From Eledone cirrhosa (lineage: Eukaryota): 64,000 nt of DNA. Location: contig OZ024746.1 in assembly GCA_964016885.1 (NCBI GenBank), positions 76,012,001 to 76,076,000 on the forward strand. The letters are read 5' to 3'. Below, piece by piece: positions 28,051-40,940 of this stretch (position 1 is its first letter; each line of letters begins with the position of its first letter). The translations under genes were made by a program, and so were the position numbers. The notes below the pieces were generated by a model. The model made no database searches. It was not told where the DNA came from and saw nothing but the letters and a program-made list of their open reading frames with translations.

Positions 28051-30001
28051 TTTTCTCTTTCTCTTAATTTTGAGTATATTTTTTTGACCGGCCACCTACC
28101 TGGTGGCAAGGTTGTAAAAGAAAAGAAATTGTCATCCCTTGAATCGCAAGAATGTTTTGCAAATTTTGAAGGTGCCAGCTATCGCAGCCATTTGTAGACT
28201 ATGAATTAGGGAGCTGCGCTTTTTGTCCGCAAATCCAAGTTCAGTCATACTTTGGTCCAAGCGGGTTGGTATATAACCCGTAGCACCAATAATGATGGGT
28301 ATGAAGCTAAAGGTGTATCTTGGATACCGGATCTGTAAACTCCCCATCAATGGTCCGTAGATGTCCTCCTTCTCCTGTATTTTTCTGACAACGTTTACAT
28401 CAAGTGGGCAGCTGATCTCCACAACAGAACACGTTTTCAATGTGTGGTCCCAAACTACAATATCAGGCCGGTTGTGCTTTAATTTGGTGGCAGTTTTTAT
28501 TTTCAGGTTCCACCAGTATTCCTTAGTGCCATCTGTCTCAATATATTCTTCCTCGTTTGTTGTTAATTTTGTTTTCCGAAGTGCGTTCCAGATGGTTCTA
28601 GCTATCCCATCGTGTCTCATGGGGAGGTAGTAGCGAGATGACATTCTTTCGCAGCCGGCAACAATGTGGCTTACATCCTCGATCTTTGTTTTACATAGCC
28701 TACATTTATTGTCAGCTGCTGGCCCTCCTCTTTTGTGCAGGAGATATTTGGTAGGGAGTTCTTGTTCCTGTATTGCATAGAGATATCCCTCAAGGTGTGA
28801 TGTCATAAACCTGTCGGAACTCCATGCCAGGCTTTTTGAGTGGTTTATCCCCTCTATGGTCTGTGTTTTACGCCTCAAGTATCCATGCACAACTTTTTCT
28901 GTAAATTGGTCAATTTTTTTTTCTTGTTTGAACATTGAATAGGATCTTCCGATTTCTCTGGGTGAGAGATTTATATCGGGCTTTATTCCATATCTCTCCT
29001 CCAGATCAGTCGCTATTCTAATGATATTTCTTTTTTCATGGTCATAAACCTGGGCAAGATGGTTGCCAACCCTTTTCCTCTGTTGAAGGTGTTGCTTCAG
29101 TGTCACTATCCGGGTCTCATATGTTGTTAATATTGATTTTAGACCCCGGCCACCTTCCTTGCGTGAGAAGTATAGCCTATCCACATCACCATTGATGTTA
29201 AAGTTCCCAGTAACACTGAGAAGTCTTCGAGTTCCAACATCCATCTCACTTAGTTCTTGCAATGACCAGTTCAGTAGGCCAAATGTTGGCGTTAGAATTG
29301 GCACAGCATAAGTATTGTGGTCAATGTATTTGTTGTATGCTGACCGTTCTGATGACCATATTTTCTTTACTCTTCTGAGGTATTCAGTTCTGGTTCTCTC
29401 CTTATTTATGGGTCCATCATATCTGACATTCTCATCCTGTCCAAGATATCTGCAGTTGTCACCTGACTGCAGAGGTTGTATTGTCAGGCCGTTCATCTCT
29501 AGATTTCTAGAGGAGGGCACAGCTCTTCCACGTTTTACTGCCAAATATGCACACTTGGACTCACCAAATTTCATTTTGATGTCGGTTGAAAATTGTGTAA
29601 TGAGGTCCAATTGTTTCTTGATGTCATTGATATTTGGCCCATACAACTTCAGGTCATCAACAAAGAAAAGATGGGAGATACTTCTGGTCCCACTTCTTTG
29701 TCGACCTTGTTTCCTGAGTAGGTAAGATAGTGGACTCAGTGAGAGAACGAAGAGTAGCACTGACAAGCTATCACCCTGAAAGATGCCCTTCTGGTAATGT
29801 ATCTTATCAGTCTTAACCTGCTCCTTCTCACCTCTAAGGATCAAACTGGTGTACCAGTTCTTGGTCAGGCGTTCAACAGCAGCTACCAATGGTTGTGGGG
29901 ACTTTAGCTAACTGTAAAGCCTTAACAATCCACCCATGAGGTACACTATCAAATGCTTTTTGATAGTCCAGCCACACGACAGTCATGTTTCTGCGATTCT
30001 T
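28051..30001 (-). mobile_element. R4/Dong-clade-like non-LTR retrotransposon (RT + zinc knuckle + restriction-like endonuclease), 5'-truncated, inserted in (TATG)n
   Basis: Contains the 585-aa ORF. Upstream of a +1 frameshift near 29898 the minus strand reads NRRNMTVVWLDYQKAFDSVPHGWIVKALQ. The ~80-bp 3' UTR has a GCCACC/GGTGGC hairpin. Both ends abut TATG repeats (CATA on the sense strand). Confidence 0.9.
28132..29889 (-). CDS. Truncated retrotransposon ORF: reverse transcriptase C-half, CCHC knuckle, RLE (PD-(D/E)xK-type) endonuclease
   Basis: Motifs: GIFQGDSLS, LFFVDDLKLY, YLG, RLYFSRKEGGRGL, CRLC..EDVSHIVAGC, RHD, RPDIVVWD, VVEISCP, KEDIY, PIIIGATG. Confidence 0.9.
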   Translation of the reverse strand: MVAAVERLTKNWYTSLILRGEKEQVKTDKIHYQKGIFQGDSLSVLLFVLSLSPLSYLLRKQGRQRSGTRSISHLFFVDDLKLYGPNINDIKKQLDLITQFSTDIKMKFGESKCAYLAVKRGRAVPSSRNLEMNGLTIQPLQSGDNCRYLGQDENVRYDGPINKERTRTEYLRRVKKIWSSERSAYNKYIDHNTYAVPILTPTFGLLNWSLQELSEMDVGTRRLLSVTGNFNINGDVDRLYFSRKEGGRGLKSILTTYETRIVTLKQHLQQRKRVGNHLAQVYDHEKRNIIRIATDLEERYGIKPDINLSPREIGRSYSMFKQEKKIDQFTEKVVHGYLRRKTQTIEGINHSKSLAWSSDRFMTSHLEGYLYAIQEQELPTKYLLHKRGGPAADNKCRLCKTKIEDVSHIVAGCERMSSRYYLPMRHDGIARTIWNALRKTKLTTNEEEYIETDGTKEYWWNLKIKTATKLKHNRPDIVVWDHTLKTCSVVEISCPLDVNVVRKIQEKEDIYGPLMGSLQIRYPRYTFSFIPIIIGATGYIPTRLDQSMTELGFADKKRSSLIHSLQMAAIAGTFKICKTFLRFKG

Positions 30002-30105
30002 ATGTATGTATGTATGTATGTATGTATGTATGTATGTATGTATGTATGTATGTATGTATGTATGTATGGATGGATGGATGGATGGATGGATGGATGGATG
30101 GATGT

Positions 30106-30712
30106 CAGGTCACCAGCTGGTGCTACTGGTAACATGTATCCCAGTACAACCTGTCTCATGGTCGGGTCGTTGGCGATTAAACTGGCAACCCCACCAAGGT
30201 TTCTTGGTGAGGAGGGTGACTTTGGACATCCTGCAGGACTAAAAACAAAACCTGTCAAAGGGCAAAGGAGCTCTTATGAGTCAATGGCCATCCAAAATCA
30301 CCGGGAGAGATGACCCCTTAGCCTTTGTCAAGGCAGAATTCTAGGAGAAGGAAAACTCTGATATAACACCTGCAACCCTGATGGTATCCAATGATGTTGA
30401 CTTGTTCTTCTTTTTGGTAAATATCATCTTGGTTAAGAGAGTGGGACTGGCTTTGTGCAGGGCCTTTGCTCACTATAAAAGCTTCACGGCACAGGCATTG
30501 CTTTATATCTGGAGATCTCTCTGCACTTGTCGTCACATGTTGCAATGGGCCCGGCACTATGTGTCAATAATTGTCGCAAGTGCAGTGTTTGTACCAGAGT
30601 TTTCAAGTCGCTGGTTGGACTAAAAAGTCACACTCGTTCAGCGCATCAGTAGGGGTTCTCCTACATGGATATGAAGTAGTGGCTGTACCTGAAAACGAGT
30701 TGGCAGCCACCA
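30106..30712 (+). mobile_element. 607-bp bipartite RTE-derived element, family A, copy 2
   Basis: Same length and ends as 26257-26863. Flanked by (TATG)/(GATG)n and (TGTA)n. Confidence 0.88.
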
Positions 30713-30734
30713 TGTATGTATGTATGTATGTATG

Positions 30735-31058
30735 TCTCTCTTTCTCTTAATTTCGAGTATATTTTTGACCGGGCACCTTCCTGGTGGCAAGGTTGTAAAA
30801 GAAAAGAAATTGTCATCCCTTGAATCGCAAGAATGTTTTGCAAATTTTGAAGGTGCCAGCTATCGTAGCCATTTGTAGACTATGGATTAGGAAGCTGCAC
30901 TCTTTGTCCGCAAATCCAAGTTCAGTCATACTTTGGTCCAAACGGGTTGGTATATAACCCGTAGCTCCAATAATGATGGGTATGAAGCTAAAAGTGTATC
31001 TTGGATACTGGATTTGCAAACTCCTCATCAATGGTCCGTAGATGTACTCCTTCTCCCG
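30735..31058 (-). mobile_element. Short 5'-truncated copy of the same R4/Dong-like element
   Basis: Highly similar to 28051-28378 (C-terminus ...GTFKICKTFLRFKG* plus 3' UTR), with (TATG)n on both sides. Confidence 0.92.
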
Positions 31059-32164
31059 TATGTATGTATGTATGTATGTATGTATGTATGTATGTATGTA
31101 TGTATGTATGTATGTATGTATGTATGTATGTATGTATGTACGTATGTATGTATGTACGTGTGATTTTTTAACTAGATTTCTGAAAATTTCTGATGTTTCC
31201 TGTTCGCGATCTCGGAAATCTTAAACCCACAGTATACAAATTTATCTTGTAGTTGTTTTGACGCCCCAGGCCGGCCGTGATCAGAATAGGCAGTCTGTCA
31301 AACAACAGGAGTCGATCCACAGAGCTGAGAACTAAATTGCACATGTAGTTGTTCATTGCATACAATGTAGAGTGACAGAGTGGACGCAGGTATGGCTTCA
31401 CATGTAGTGATTAATCACATGGGATGTCGTGTAACAGAATGGACGCAACATGGCTGCGCGGTTAAGAAGATCGTTTCGCAATCAAAAGGTGCCGAGTTCG
31501 ATCCCACAGCGGGTTCATCCAAGTCTTGTAAGTGAAATTGGTTCGATGAAACTGCACGGAAGCCCGTCTGATGGACTGTACTTGTAATTCAAAGGTTCAA
31601 TCTTGTCATATATTGTTTCACGCTGATTCTGTTTGAGAATTACGTTAAGAGTACTCGTGTCTGTGGAATACTCAACCATTTACACGGAAATGCAGTGTCT
31701 GTAAGGTTACATTAATCATTATGTGCATGTCCATATATATGTATGTGTGGTGTGTATGTGTGTATATGCATAGGTATATGCATAGGTATGTGTGTGTGTA
31801 TGTGTTTGTGCATGATCGTGTATATATGTGGAGTATTTCTGTGTGTATTTGCGTATGAGTATGTGTGTGCTTGTCTGAGTATGTGTGTATGTTGTATATG
31901 TGGGATTCTAGACATGTTTGTGCATATGTAGGTCTGTATGTATATACGTGTATGGGCATGCTCGTGTGTGTGTGTGTGTGTGTGCATGTATGTACGGGCG
32001 TGTGTGTGTGCATGTATGTACGTGTGCGTGTGTATGTGCGCATGTGTGTTTGTGTGTCTGTGTGTGTGTTTGTACGCATGTGTGTCTTGTGTGAATTCGA
32101 AAAATGGTTGATGTTGGCACTGTTGTTGGAGGAAGAGGTTTGGCTCAGACAGAGCTCTCATTTC

Positions 32165-32869
32165 TAGGAGTGGTAGTGGTGTTAGTGGTGGTGGTAGTAG
32201 TTATGGTGGTGGGAGTGTTGATTGTGGTGGTGGTGGTGGTGGTGTTGGAGGCGGTGGTGGTGTGGTGGTGACGGTGGTAATAATAGTAATGGTGGTGGTG
32301 GTGCGGAAATAGTGATAAGTCCCAACAGGAATTGCAAGGGATGAAGACTAGAATGGTGGTGGTGGTGGGGGGGGGGGTGACGGTGGGGGTGCTGGTGCTG
32401 GTGGTGGTGGTGGTGGTGCTGGTGACGGTGGTGGTGGTGGTGCTGGTGCTGGTGACGGTGCTGGTGGTGGTGGTGGTGGTGGTGGAGGTGGTGGTGGTGG
32501 TGGTGGAGGTGGTGGTGGTGGTGGTGCTGGTGGTAGTGGTGGTGCTGGTGGTGGTGGTGGAGGTGGTGGTGGTGCTGGTGGTGCTGGTGGTGGTGGTGGT
32601 GGTGCTAGTGGCGGTGGTGCTGGTGCTGGTGGCAGTGCTGGTGACGGTGCTGGTGGTGGTGGTGGTGGTGGTGGAGGTGGTGGTGGTGGAGGTGGTGGTG
32701 GTGCTGGTGGTAGTGGTGGTGCTGGTGGTGGTGGTGGAGGTGGTGGTGGTGCTGGTGGTGCTGGTGGTGCTGGTGGTGCTGGTGGTGGTGGTGGTGGTGG
32801 TGCTGGTGCTGGTGCTGGTGCTGGTGGTGGTGGAGGTGGTGGTGGTGCTGGTGGTGGTGCTGGTGGTGC

Positions 32870-32900
<31 letters not shown>

Positions 32901-32962
32901 GCTGGTGGTGGTGGTGGTGGAGGTGGTGGTGGTGCTGGTGGTGGTGGAGGTGGTGGTGGTGC

Positions 32963-32993
<31 letters not shown>

Positions 32994-33133
32994 GCTGGTG
33001 CTGGTGGTCGTGCTGGTGACGGTGCTGGTGGTGGTGGTGGTGGTGGTGGGGGTAGTGGGGGTGCTGGTGCTGGTGGGGGTGGTGGTGGTGGTGGTGGTGC
33101 TGGTGGTGGTGGTGGTGGTGGTGGTGGTGTGGT
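32165..33133. repeat. (GGT/GCT)n trinucleotide array
   Basis: Direct inspection. Confidence 0.95.
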
Positions 33134-33397
33134 GAACAATAAAGAACATTCGAAAGAGAAAAGGAAGAGGCAGGTAATATACCGTCACTTGTTGTTTCAT
33201 GCAGATCGATACTTCGATACATGTAACGATATGTCTTCTATATGTAAGTATGTACTTATCTACACACACACACTCACATACACAGACACACACACATATA
33301 CACACACATATATACACACACAGATGCACAGACACACACACACACACAGAGACACATACACACATATATATATATATATATACAGATACATACACAA

Positions 33398-33453
<56 letters not shown>

Positions 33454-33570
33454 TGATACACACACAGACAAACACACACATACACACACATTTCTACACA
33501 CAGTATGATCTCATTCACCATTAATTTATCTCATCCTGTTTTTATTTTGCTTTTGTGCATTTTTTAAAAG

Positions 33571-34081
33571 CATCACCTCCACCACCACCACCACCACCAC
33601 CACCACCACCATCATCACCATCACTTCTACCACCACCACCACCTCCATCATCTCTACCACCATCACCTCCACCACCACCACCACCACCACCACCACCATC
33701 ACCACCTTCACCACCACTATCACCATCACCGCCACTAACACCACCATCACCTCTACCACCATCACCACTTCCACTACTACCGCCACTAACACCACTACCA
33801 CTTCCACCACTATCATCACCACCGTCACGACCACCACCTCCTCTACCGCCACCTCTATCCCCACCACTTCCTCCGCCATCACCACCACCAACACTATCTT
33901 CATCACCACCACCACCACCACCACTATCACAACCTCCACCACCACCACCATCATCACCACCACCACTATCATCATCACCACTTCCACCATCACCATCACC
34001 ACCGTCACCACCACCACCACCACTAACACCACTACCAGTTCCACCAACCACCATCACCACCATCACCACCACCATCACCAC
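33571..34081. repeat. (CAC/CAT)n trinucleotide array
   Basis: Direct inspection. Confidence 0.95.
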
Positions 34082-34443
34082 TCTTGCATATCTTTCCTAT
34101 TTCCCATTCATTAGTTCTTATCTTCCTATTTACCTATATAGATAGGTAAAAAGAAAGAGAGAAAGAGAGAGGGAGAGAGAGAGAAAGGAAAAAAAGTGAG
34201 AGGGTAGGAGAGAGAGAGAATGATAGATGCATGGATGAATAAAAATGTGTCGTGAATATGAGTCAGAGGCGAGAATGTAACAACGTCTTAATATCCTACC
34301 GTCCCAAGTGTGGTATGTATGTAAAGAATCAACAACCGATATTTTAAAGCTACTCTCATCAAACGTGTCACATCGTCTGCCATTGCATTTTTGTAGTAAT
34401 AGAGCAGATATAGGAAAAAGTAGAAGAAGTAAGAGGGACAGAA

Positions 34444-34485
<42 letters not shown>

Positions 34486-34667
34486 TGAGAGGGAGGAAGG
34501 AGAGATATGGTGATGGAGAGGTAGGAGAAGTAAGAGGGACAGTGATAGAGATATACGGGGTAGTGGTGGTGGTGGATGATTATAAAGTATGATGGGGGTG
34601 GGGGGAGTAAGAGTACAGTTTTTACCTTTATTTCGTCTGTGCAGCATATATATTTGTATATATATAT

Positions 34668-34705
<38 letters not shown>

Positions 34706-37341
34706 ATATATATGTTTCTTTATTTGTATATATATATAGAGAGAGATAGATAGCGAGGGTGTAAGAGGAGGAGAGATACAGCTAGAGATAGAGAGAGAAG
34801 GGATGAGGGGGGAGTAAAAATACTGTTTAGTAATAAAAATCGTTTATATTTCTCCCTTTTTCTTCCGTTTACCTTTATTTTGTTTGTACAGAATTTTTGT
34901 AGTAGTAGAGAGAGAGAGAGGTGGGGGGAAATAGAAATAGAATGAAAGGGGAAATAGAGTGGAGTGAGAGGGATAGAGAGGGGGAATAAAGTACTGAGTT
35001 TAGTGATAAAATTCCTTCTACTCCTCGCCCACCCCTCTTCTGATTATCTTCGTCTCGTCTGTACAATATTTTTGTAGTAGAGAGTGATGATAGATAGACA
35101 AATAGACAGATAGATAGATAAATAGATAGATATGTTTCTTTATTTATAGATAGATAGATAGATAGATAGATGAATAGATAGAGGGAGAAAAAAGGCGAGC
35201 GAGAGGGAAAGAAAGAGAGCAATAGATAAATACATAAACAGAGAGATAGATAAGAAGAGAGAGATAGAGGAAGATAGGGAGAGTGAGAGGAAGAGAAAGA
35301 GAGAGCGAGAGAGAGAGGGAAAGAGAGAATGATAGATAAATACATAGAGAGATAGATAAATAAATAGATAGATAGATTTCTATTTATTGCCACTAGGGCG
35401 CAAAAGAAGGGGACAAATACAAGGGGGGAGTTTACACAAAAAGGCGAGTAAAGAAAACAAATAACAAAATAAAATTAACAATAAAGAATAAATGGATAGA
35501 TAGATAGAAAGAGAGAGAAAGAGAGGGAAAGAGGGAGTGGGAGTACAGTTTAGTGATAAAATCGTTTGTACTACCACTACCCCCACCTCGCCCTCCGTTT
35601 CTTTTCCGTTTACCTTTATCTCGCCTGCACAGCATTTTGAGTCCGTTTTAATATCATTTACAAACAATGAATTAATTTTGTCCTGTTTTGTTTGTTTGTT
35701 TTTTTCTTGTTCTCATCCTTTTTTTTTTTACACCCTCCAAGAATGATTAATGGCATAAGGGTAACTCCTAAGATGTTTTTAGTTCTCAGATAATCTTTGT
35801 CTGTCATCACAAGCGTGACACACAGACACACAGACACAAATCGGTTGAATGAATGAAAGAAAGGAGTGAAGATATTCTTTTGTTTATAGGATCTCCTTTT
35901 TTATAATCTTTATCTGTGTACGTGTGAACTTTAAACCTTTTCATATATTATAGTGTGAAATAACGTAATAACAGTAAGTCCAGTTTAACACCGTACATTT
36001 GCTATCCTTTAAGTGTAATTAATATCTTTACATCTGTTTTGTTCCAACAAACTTATAACTTTGCCTTTCATTCATTTGAGACTCTACAAGTAAAGTACCA
36101 GTCTAGCAGTTATTCTTTTAATGTACAGTTGACCCCTGCTTGTGTGGTTCTAAATCTAGTTTTGTGCAGTAACTTTATATTTTGTTCCATATACTGCATG
36201 TACTTTCATAGTAAATGATAGTAAAAAAAACTTAAAACACCCATAAGATGTTAAGAATAACCAACACAAATACTTCTGAGATTCAGAGAAAATAAAACAC
36301 TGAGTCATGGTATCTGCCTCAAAGATTTCTGCAATTCTAAAATTTCCTCAAAATAAAGCCTACAGTGTAGGGCCATGGATTGGTGGGATCATTCTGAATT
36401 CAAATACCGCCGTGGTCCTTGGATTCATTAAACGGAGCCTACTCCGTTGCAAGCTTTCGGACCAGGTCTCCGGTATGAGGATGCCTTTCTCCTTCCTACT
36501 TACTAATCTCAGAGCTCCTAAGAAGGATCACGGGCGTTGCCCTTCATTCGTGACTAAACAATGAAAAATTATACAGAAGCCTAATAACTCACTTTTCATC
36601 TGAAGCTAAAAGTTCAATTCCCCGCAGTTTACTGTGAGATGTTTACATTGATATTTCTATAGGTCACCTTTGAAATGAATCTTACCAAAATCGTTTGAAA
36701 ATCCATGTGAAACCCTTATTCATAAATTTCTCATATCGAGCAATGACATTCCACAACCGAGACTTATTAATAGGATATGTAAGATAACGTGTATATCATC
36801 TGAATGTTTAACTTCTACTTAAGACAGGCACTGAGTTTGAATTCTTGGCATGCTTTCCATCTCTCCCTTTCTACCGCATTTGTCAACTTATCAATAAACA
36901 AGGCAAATGACAAGCAAACAAGGGAGCCTCTAAGTGATCGTTCGATTTGCGAGAAAAAGCAGCCAAATTTCTCTCAAATCACATACTACCTTCTGAAAGA
37001 AAGGATGCATTGGGTTATGTAGGTAAGTACATTGAATGGCGTACGTAAAGAATTCTCCAGTCAACTCAGCTCTGAAAAAGAAAACGAGTTCTATTTGTGA
37101 TTCAAAGGGCCATGCTTCTCACCACGCTAAATCCCCCCTGAGAGATATGTTAAGGGTGCATATATTTGTGGACTGCTCAGTCACTTGCACGTTAATTTCA
37201 CGTGCTGGCTGTGTTTCGTTGATCAAACAATGCAACCATAAAAAATAGTTTCTTATCTTTTGTTGTGTGCTTGAATAATACACTTTATTTCACATTGCTT
37301 CAAGCAACTCAGCTGGATAAAATGAGTTATATCCGTGATTG

Positions 37342-37454
37342 AAAGGATCTGCTTTATCACAATATAAAGGATCTGCTTTATCACAATATAAAGGATCTGC
37401 TTTATCACAATATAAAGGATCTGCTTTATCACAATATAAAGGATCTGCTTTATC
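37342..37454. repeat. 24-bp perfect minisatellite, ~4.7 copies
   Basis: AAAGGATCTGCTTTATCACAATAT. Confidence 0.95.
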
Positions 37455-39358
37455 GCCGAATATTCACATAAGTATTAAATAATAATTTAAAAAATCAAAT
37501 ATTTTTATATTCGGTTCTGAGAGATTCGGCGTGATACACTGTGTGACAAAGACGGCTCTCTAAAATACATGGTTGCGAAGGGAGCTCTTAATCACACAGC
37601 CATGTCGGGGCCAATAGAAATATTTTTGATATTCAAACAAAACCCAAACAAAGGGACCAAACAACTTCGTTATCAGGAATATGTTAAGTTCTCCGGATTT
37701 CACACCCTTTTTAATGTTTCGTCTCCTTACCAAGTTAACAAGGAAAATAGATTTCTTTGTTTTAAAACATTAGACTCATTAAAACTATATTAAAAAAAAG
37801 TTATTTTCATTTTATCATTACTACTTTAGCAACACTAATATTTCTTATCCGATAAATAAAATAAATATATTTGTGAAAGCTTGATCTTTATTTAACAACA
37901 TTTAATGACTGTAGAAAGGTATTATAACTCGTCTATTAGAAATTGAAATTCACACACACTCACACACATAATGAAAGCTATACTCATTTTCACAAGAGAA
38001 GACATCTCTCACCCACCACAAAGTAGGTGAGAGACCTCCCCGTCGGACGGGGAGGGTTGACAGGTCTGATATATATATAGTATATATTAATTACAATTTT
38101 ATACTTCTGTATTATCAGATAGGTATCTTATCAAGAGGAACAGCTTCAAGCGAGGTTCAGAGCCATTAGTTTCGCTGCTCATCTACGATATGTCGACATC
38201 CTTTTCTCACACTTTTATATTAAAATCAATATAATAATATATAGTTATATGGCGCCAGAATTTCGAAAAAATGATGCCCCAATATTTTGTACGTTTATCT
38301 GTCAATATTTTCCTATCCTGCAAATTAAATAAAGGGGACCAACAAAATATTCTGGATATTTTAAACCCGTGTTTGAATATTAGTAAAGGCGATAGGATAA
38401 TATTGCAAATTTTCCCTTTAAAATATTTTGTAACAAGAAGACTTTGTGTTATAAAAGAGGTGTTATGTGAAATAGGTATCGTTAAGCTATCATAGACTTT
38501 AGAGATAACATTTTACGGGATAGGATAGGAAAAAAAAATAACAACGAAATCGTTATATTCTAGAATAATTATTAAACATCTTTATGGAAATTTCTTCAGT
38601 TGTGAATCCCTCATTTTAGTCTGAAAGGAAAAAAAAAGATGGGTTTTAGTTTAGAAATGTTCTAGTTCAGCAGCTACAATCTCTTATCAAACCTCACCGC
38701 TGATTCTGATTTTACTGTCATCAAATGTTCCCTTTTAAACCTCGAGGGAGGGATTTTTTTTTCATTCCACCAGCTGCCAAGTTTCTTGTTACATAGCTGA
38801 ACATGTTCGTTAAAAATTTCTTTTTCATTTTGTTCTACTTTCTTCTCGATAGAAGAGATAGTTTTATCTTTAGTTGTCCGAACACATACAGCTATGCTCC
38901 CTTTCTTTTATATAAAATCCTGTACTTGCTGACTTGAGACTATTTCATTATATCAGCCAACTTCACGTGGCTTCAAATATGTCTAGCGTCTTCTCTAACT
39001 AAATATGTCTCGCTATTTTTACCATGTCGATTGATCCGACATTTACTGTAAACGTGTTTGTAATACAAATGATTCTGCCAAACCTAATTTAGGTATAAAA
39101 TCTGGTCAGCAGACAACAGTGATCTATCTTCAGCATCAGTTCTTATGAAAAGATATTTTTTTAATCATATCAAAGACGAACTTTTGACATTTAGTTTATT
39201 ATTTAAACGTAACGGAAAAAAAGCACGCATCACAACAGTTCGCTTATAATCTAGAATTTTCAAAATGGCGTAGTCATTGGAGGGTCGAACAAAATGTATA
39301 CGATATTTAGTTATGGCACTAATTCATGAGTTCAAATTCTTCCGAAATCGTCTTGCCC

Positions 39359-39423
<65 letters not shown>

Positions 39424-40940
39424 GCACACACACACAAAACACATGCACGTGCACAGAAACAATAATGCACACCCATGAAACGCACTCCCTCCATACACAT
39501 AACAACACCTATGACACACCTGGACTCTCTACCTCGGTCCCCACTCCTGAATACTGAACTACTCGCGTATCACCCCAGCTTTCTTAAAACCTTTTTTCTT
39601 TTCTTCTTCCAAACACCGATGCTCCAATCTTTTCTCTCTTTCTCCGAACTCTCCATTTCCCGAAGAAGGACTTATGTTCGAAATATCAAACCTATTTTTA
39701 CTTCTTCCTAAGCGTGACATTAATAAAACATTGTGTTTTTGCATCTCTGTGTTTGTCTTGTCATTTCTTGAACTATGTATGTATGTATGAATATAAGAAC
39801 ATGCACTAATCACCGTGTTCAAACACAATGTCAATGCCAAAAACGCTACCTTTAAGATAGCGTATTAGCGCTAATTCATTTTTTTTTAAATCCTCCTTTC
39901 CGATCTCCGCTAACCTTAGTATTTATTTATTTATTTATTTATTTATTTATTATTTGTTTTTCTCTCTTTTTTTTAGCATGACTTGCAAAGAAACAAACAT
40001 CTCTGTAATAGTTCAGAGCTTAAAACTTACTCAACTCATTTCATTAAATTAAGTGACTGGTTTCATGTATGACCCATCCATACTATGTGCTAAGATACGA
40101 GCTAGCAGCATAACTCCTTCCACCCCCACCACCTAATACAATGCAGCTCAAAATAATTAACTTGTGAATATAGCTTCAATTTTCACTCACTGACACACAG
40201 ATTATCCCACAACTAATGAAGAACATTTTTAATTACTGTCATTAATTAGATTTTTAACCCACACCCGAACCCAAAACTCCCAAACGTTTACATTTTTATT
40301 TTCTTTATTTTTTTATTATTATATTTTAAAAGAAATTCGTTATCTGTTTTCAGTAACTTAGACAGCGGTCATGATAGAAGTATTTTAAGACGTTTGGAAC
40401 TTGTTTTACTGATCTCTTTTGTTTGTCGAACCGCTAAGTTACGGTATATAACATAGATACAGACAGAGATGTAAACATACACTCAGATATACACACAGGC
40501 ACATATTTACACACACCCACACATATATACATATATATATATATATAACGGGACTCTGGAGTTTACGCCTAATAAATTTTACTCACTAGGTATTGGTCAA
40601 GTCAAAGCTAAAATAGAAGACACTTTCGAAAGTTGATTGAGCCGGGAACAGCATGGCTGCGAAGCGAACTCTCTACCCACACAACCACCATGCCAGCACT
40701 TATATTTATTCATTTATTTATGTTAATATTAACGGTGTGCTATTAAATGATTATGATCAAAGAAGAATGTGTCGGCTCGGAACTAAAGTAAATACTCAAA
40801 TGAACCATCTGTAAAAATCTATTATATAAACTATACCTTATTTCACCTCAGTACCGAGCATTGAAAATGGATAAAAATCCCGAAACACTAGATTTAGCTG
40901 TCTTACACGGCTACTGAGGTAGCTGTGACAAGATCATGAC

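Noticed and set aside
29315-29725. 136-aa plus-strand ORF
   Set aside because: It is the antisense shadow of the retrotransposon ORF.
32145-33521. 458-aa Thr-rich mucin-like ORF and overlapping poly-Pro/His/Val ORFs
   Set aside because: These are translations of a trinucleotide array that is open in nearly all frames and fused to dinucleotide repeats, with no unique domain.
33526-34145. Gly-rich and Pro-rich (extensin-like) ORFs
   Set aside because: They come from (CAC)n low-complexity sequence.
37342-37454. CRISPR-like regular repeat
   Set aside because: It has no spacers and is a plain minisatellite in eukaryotic DNA.
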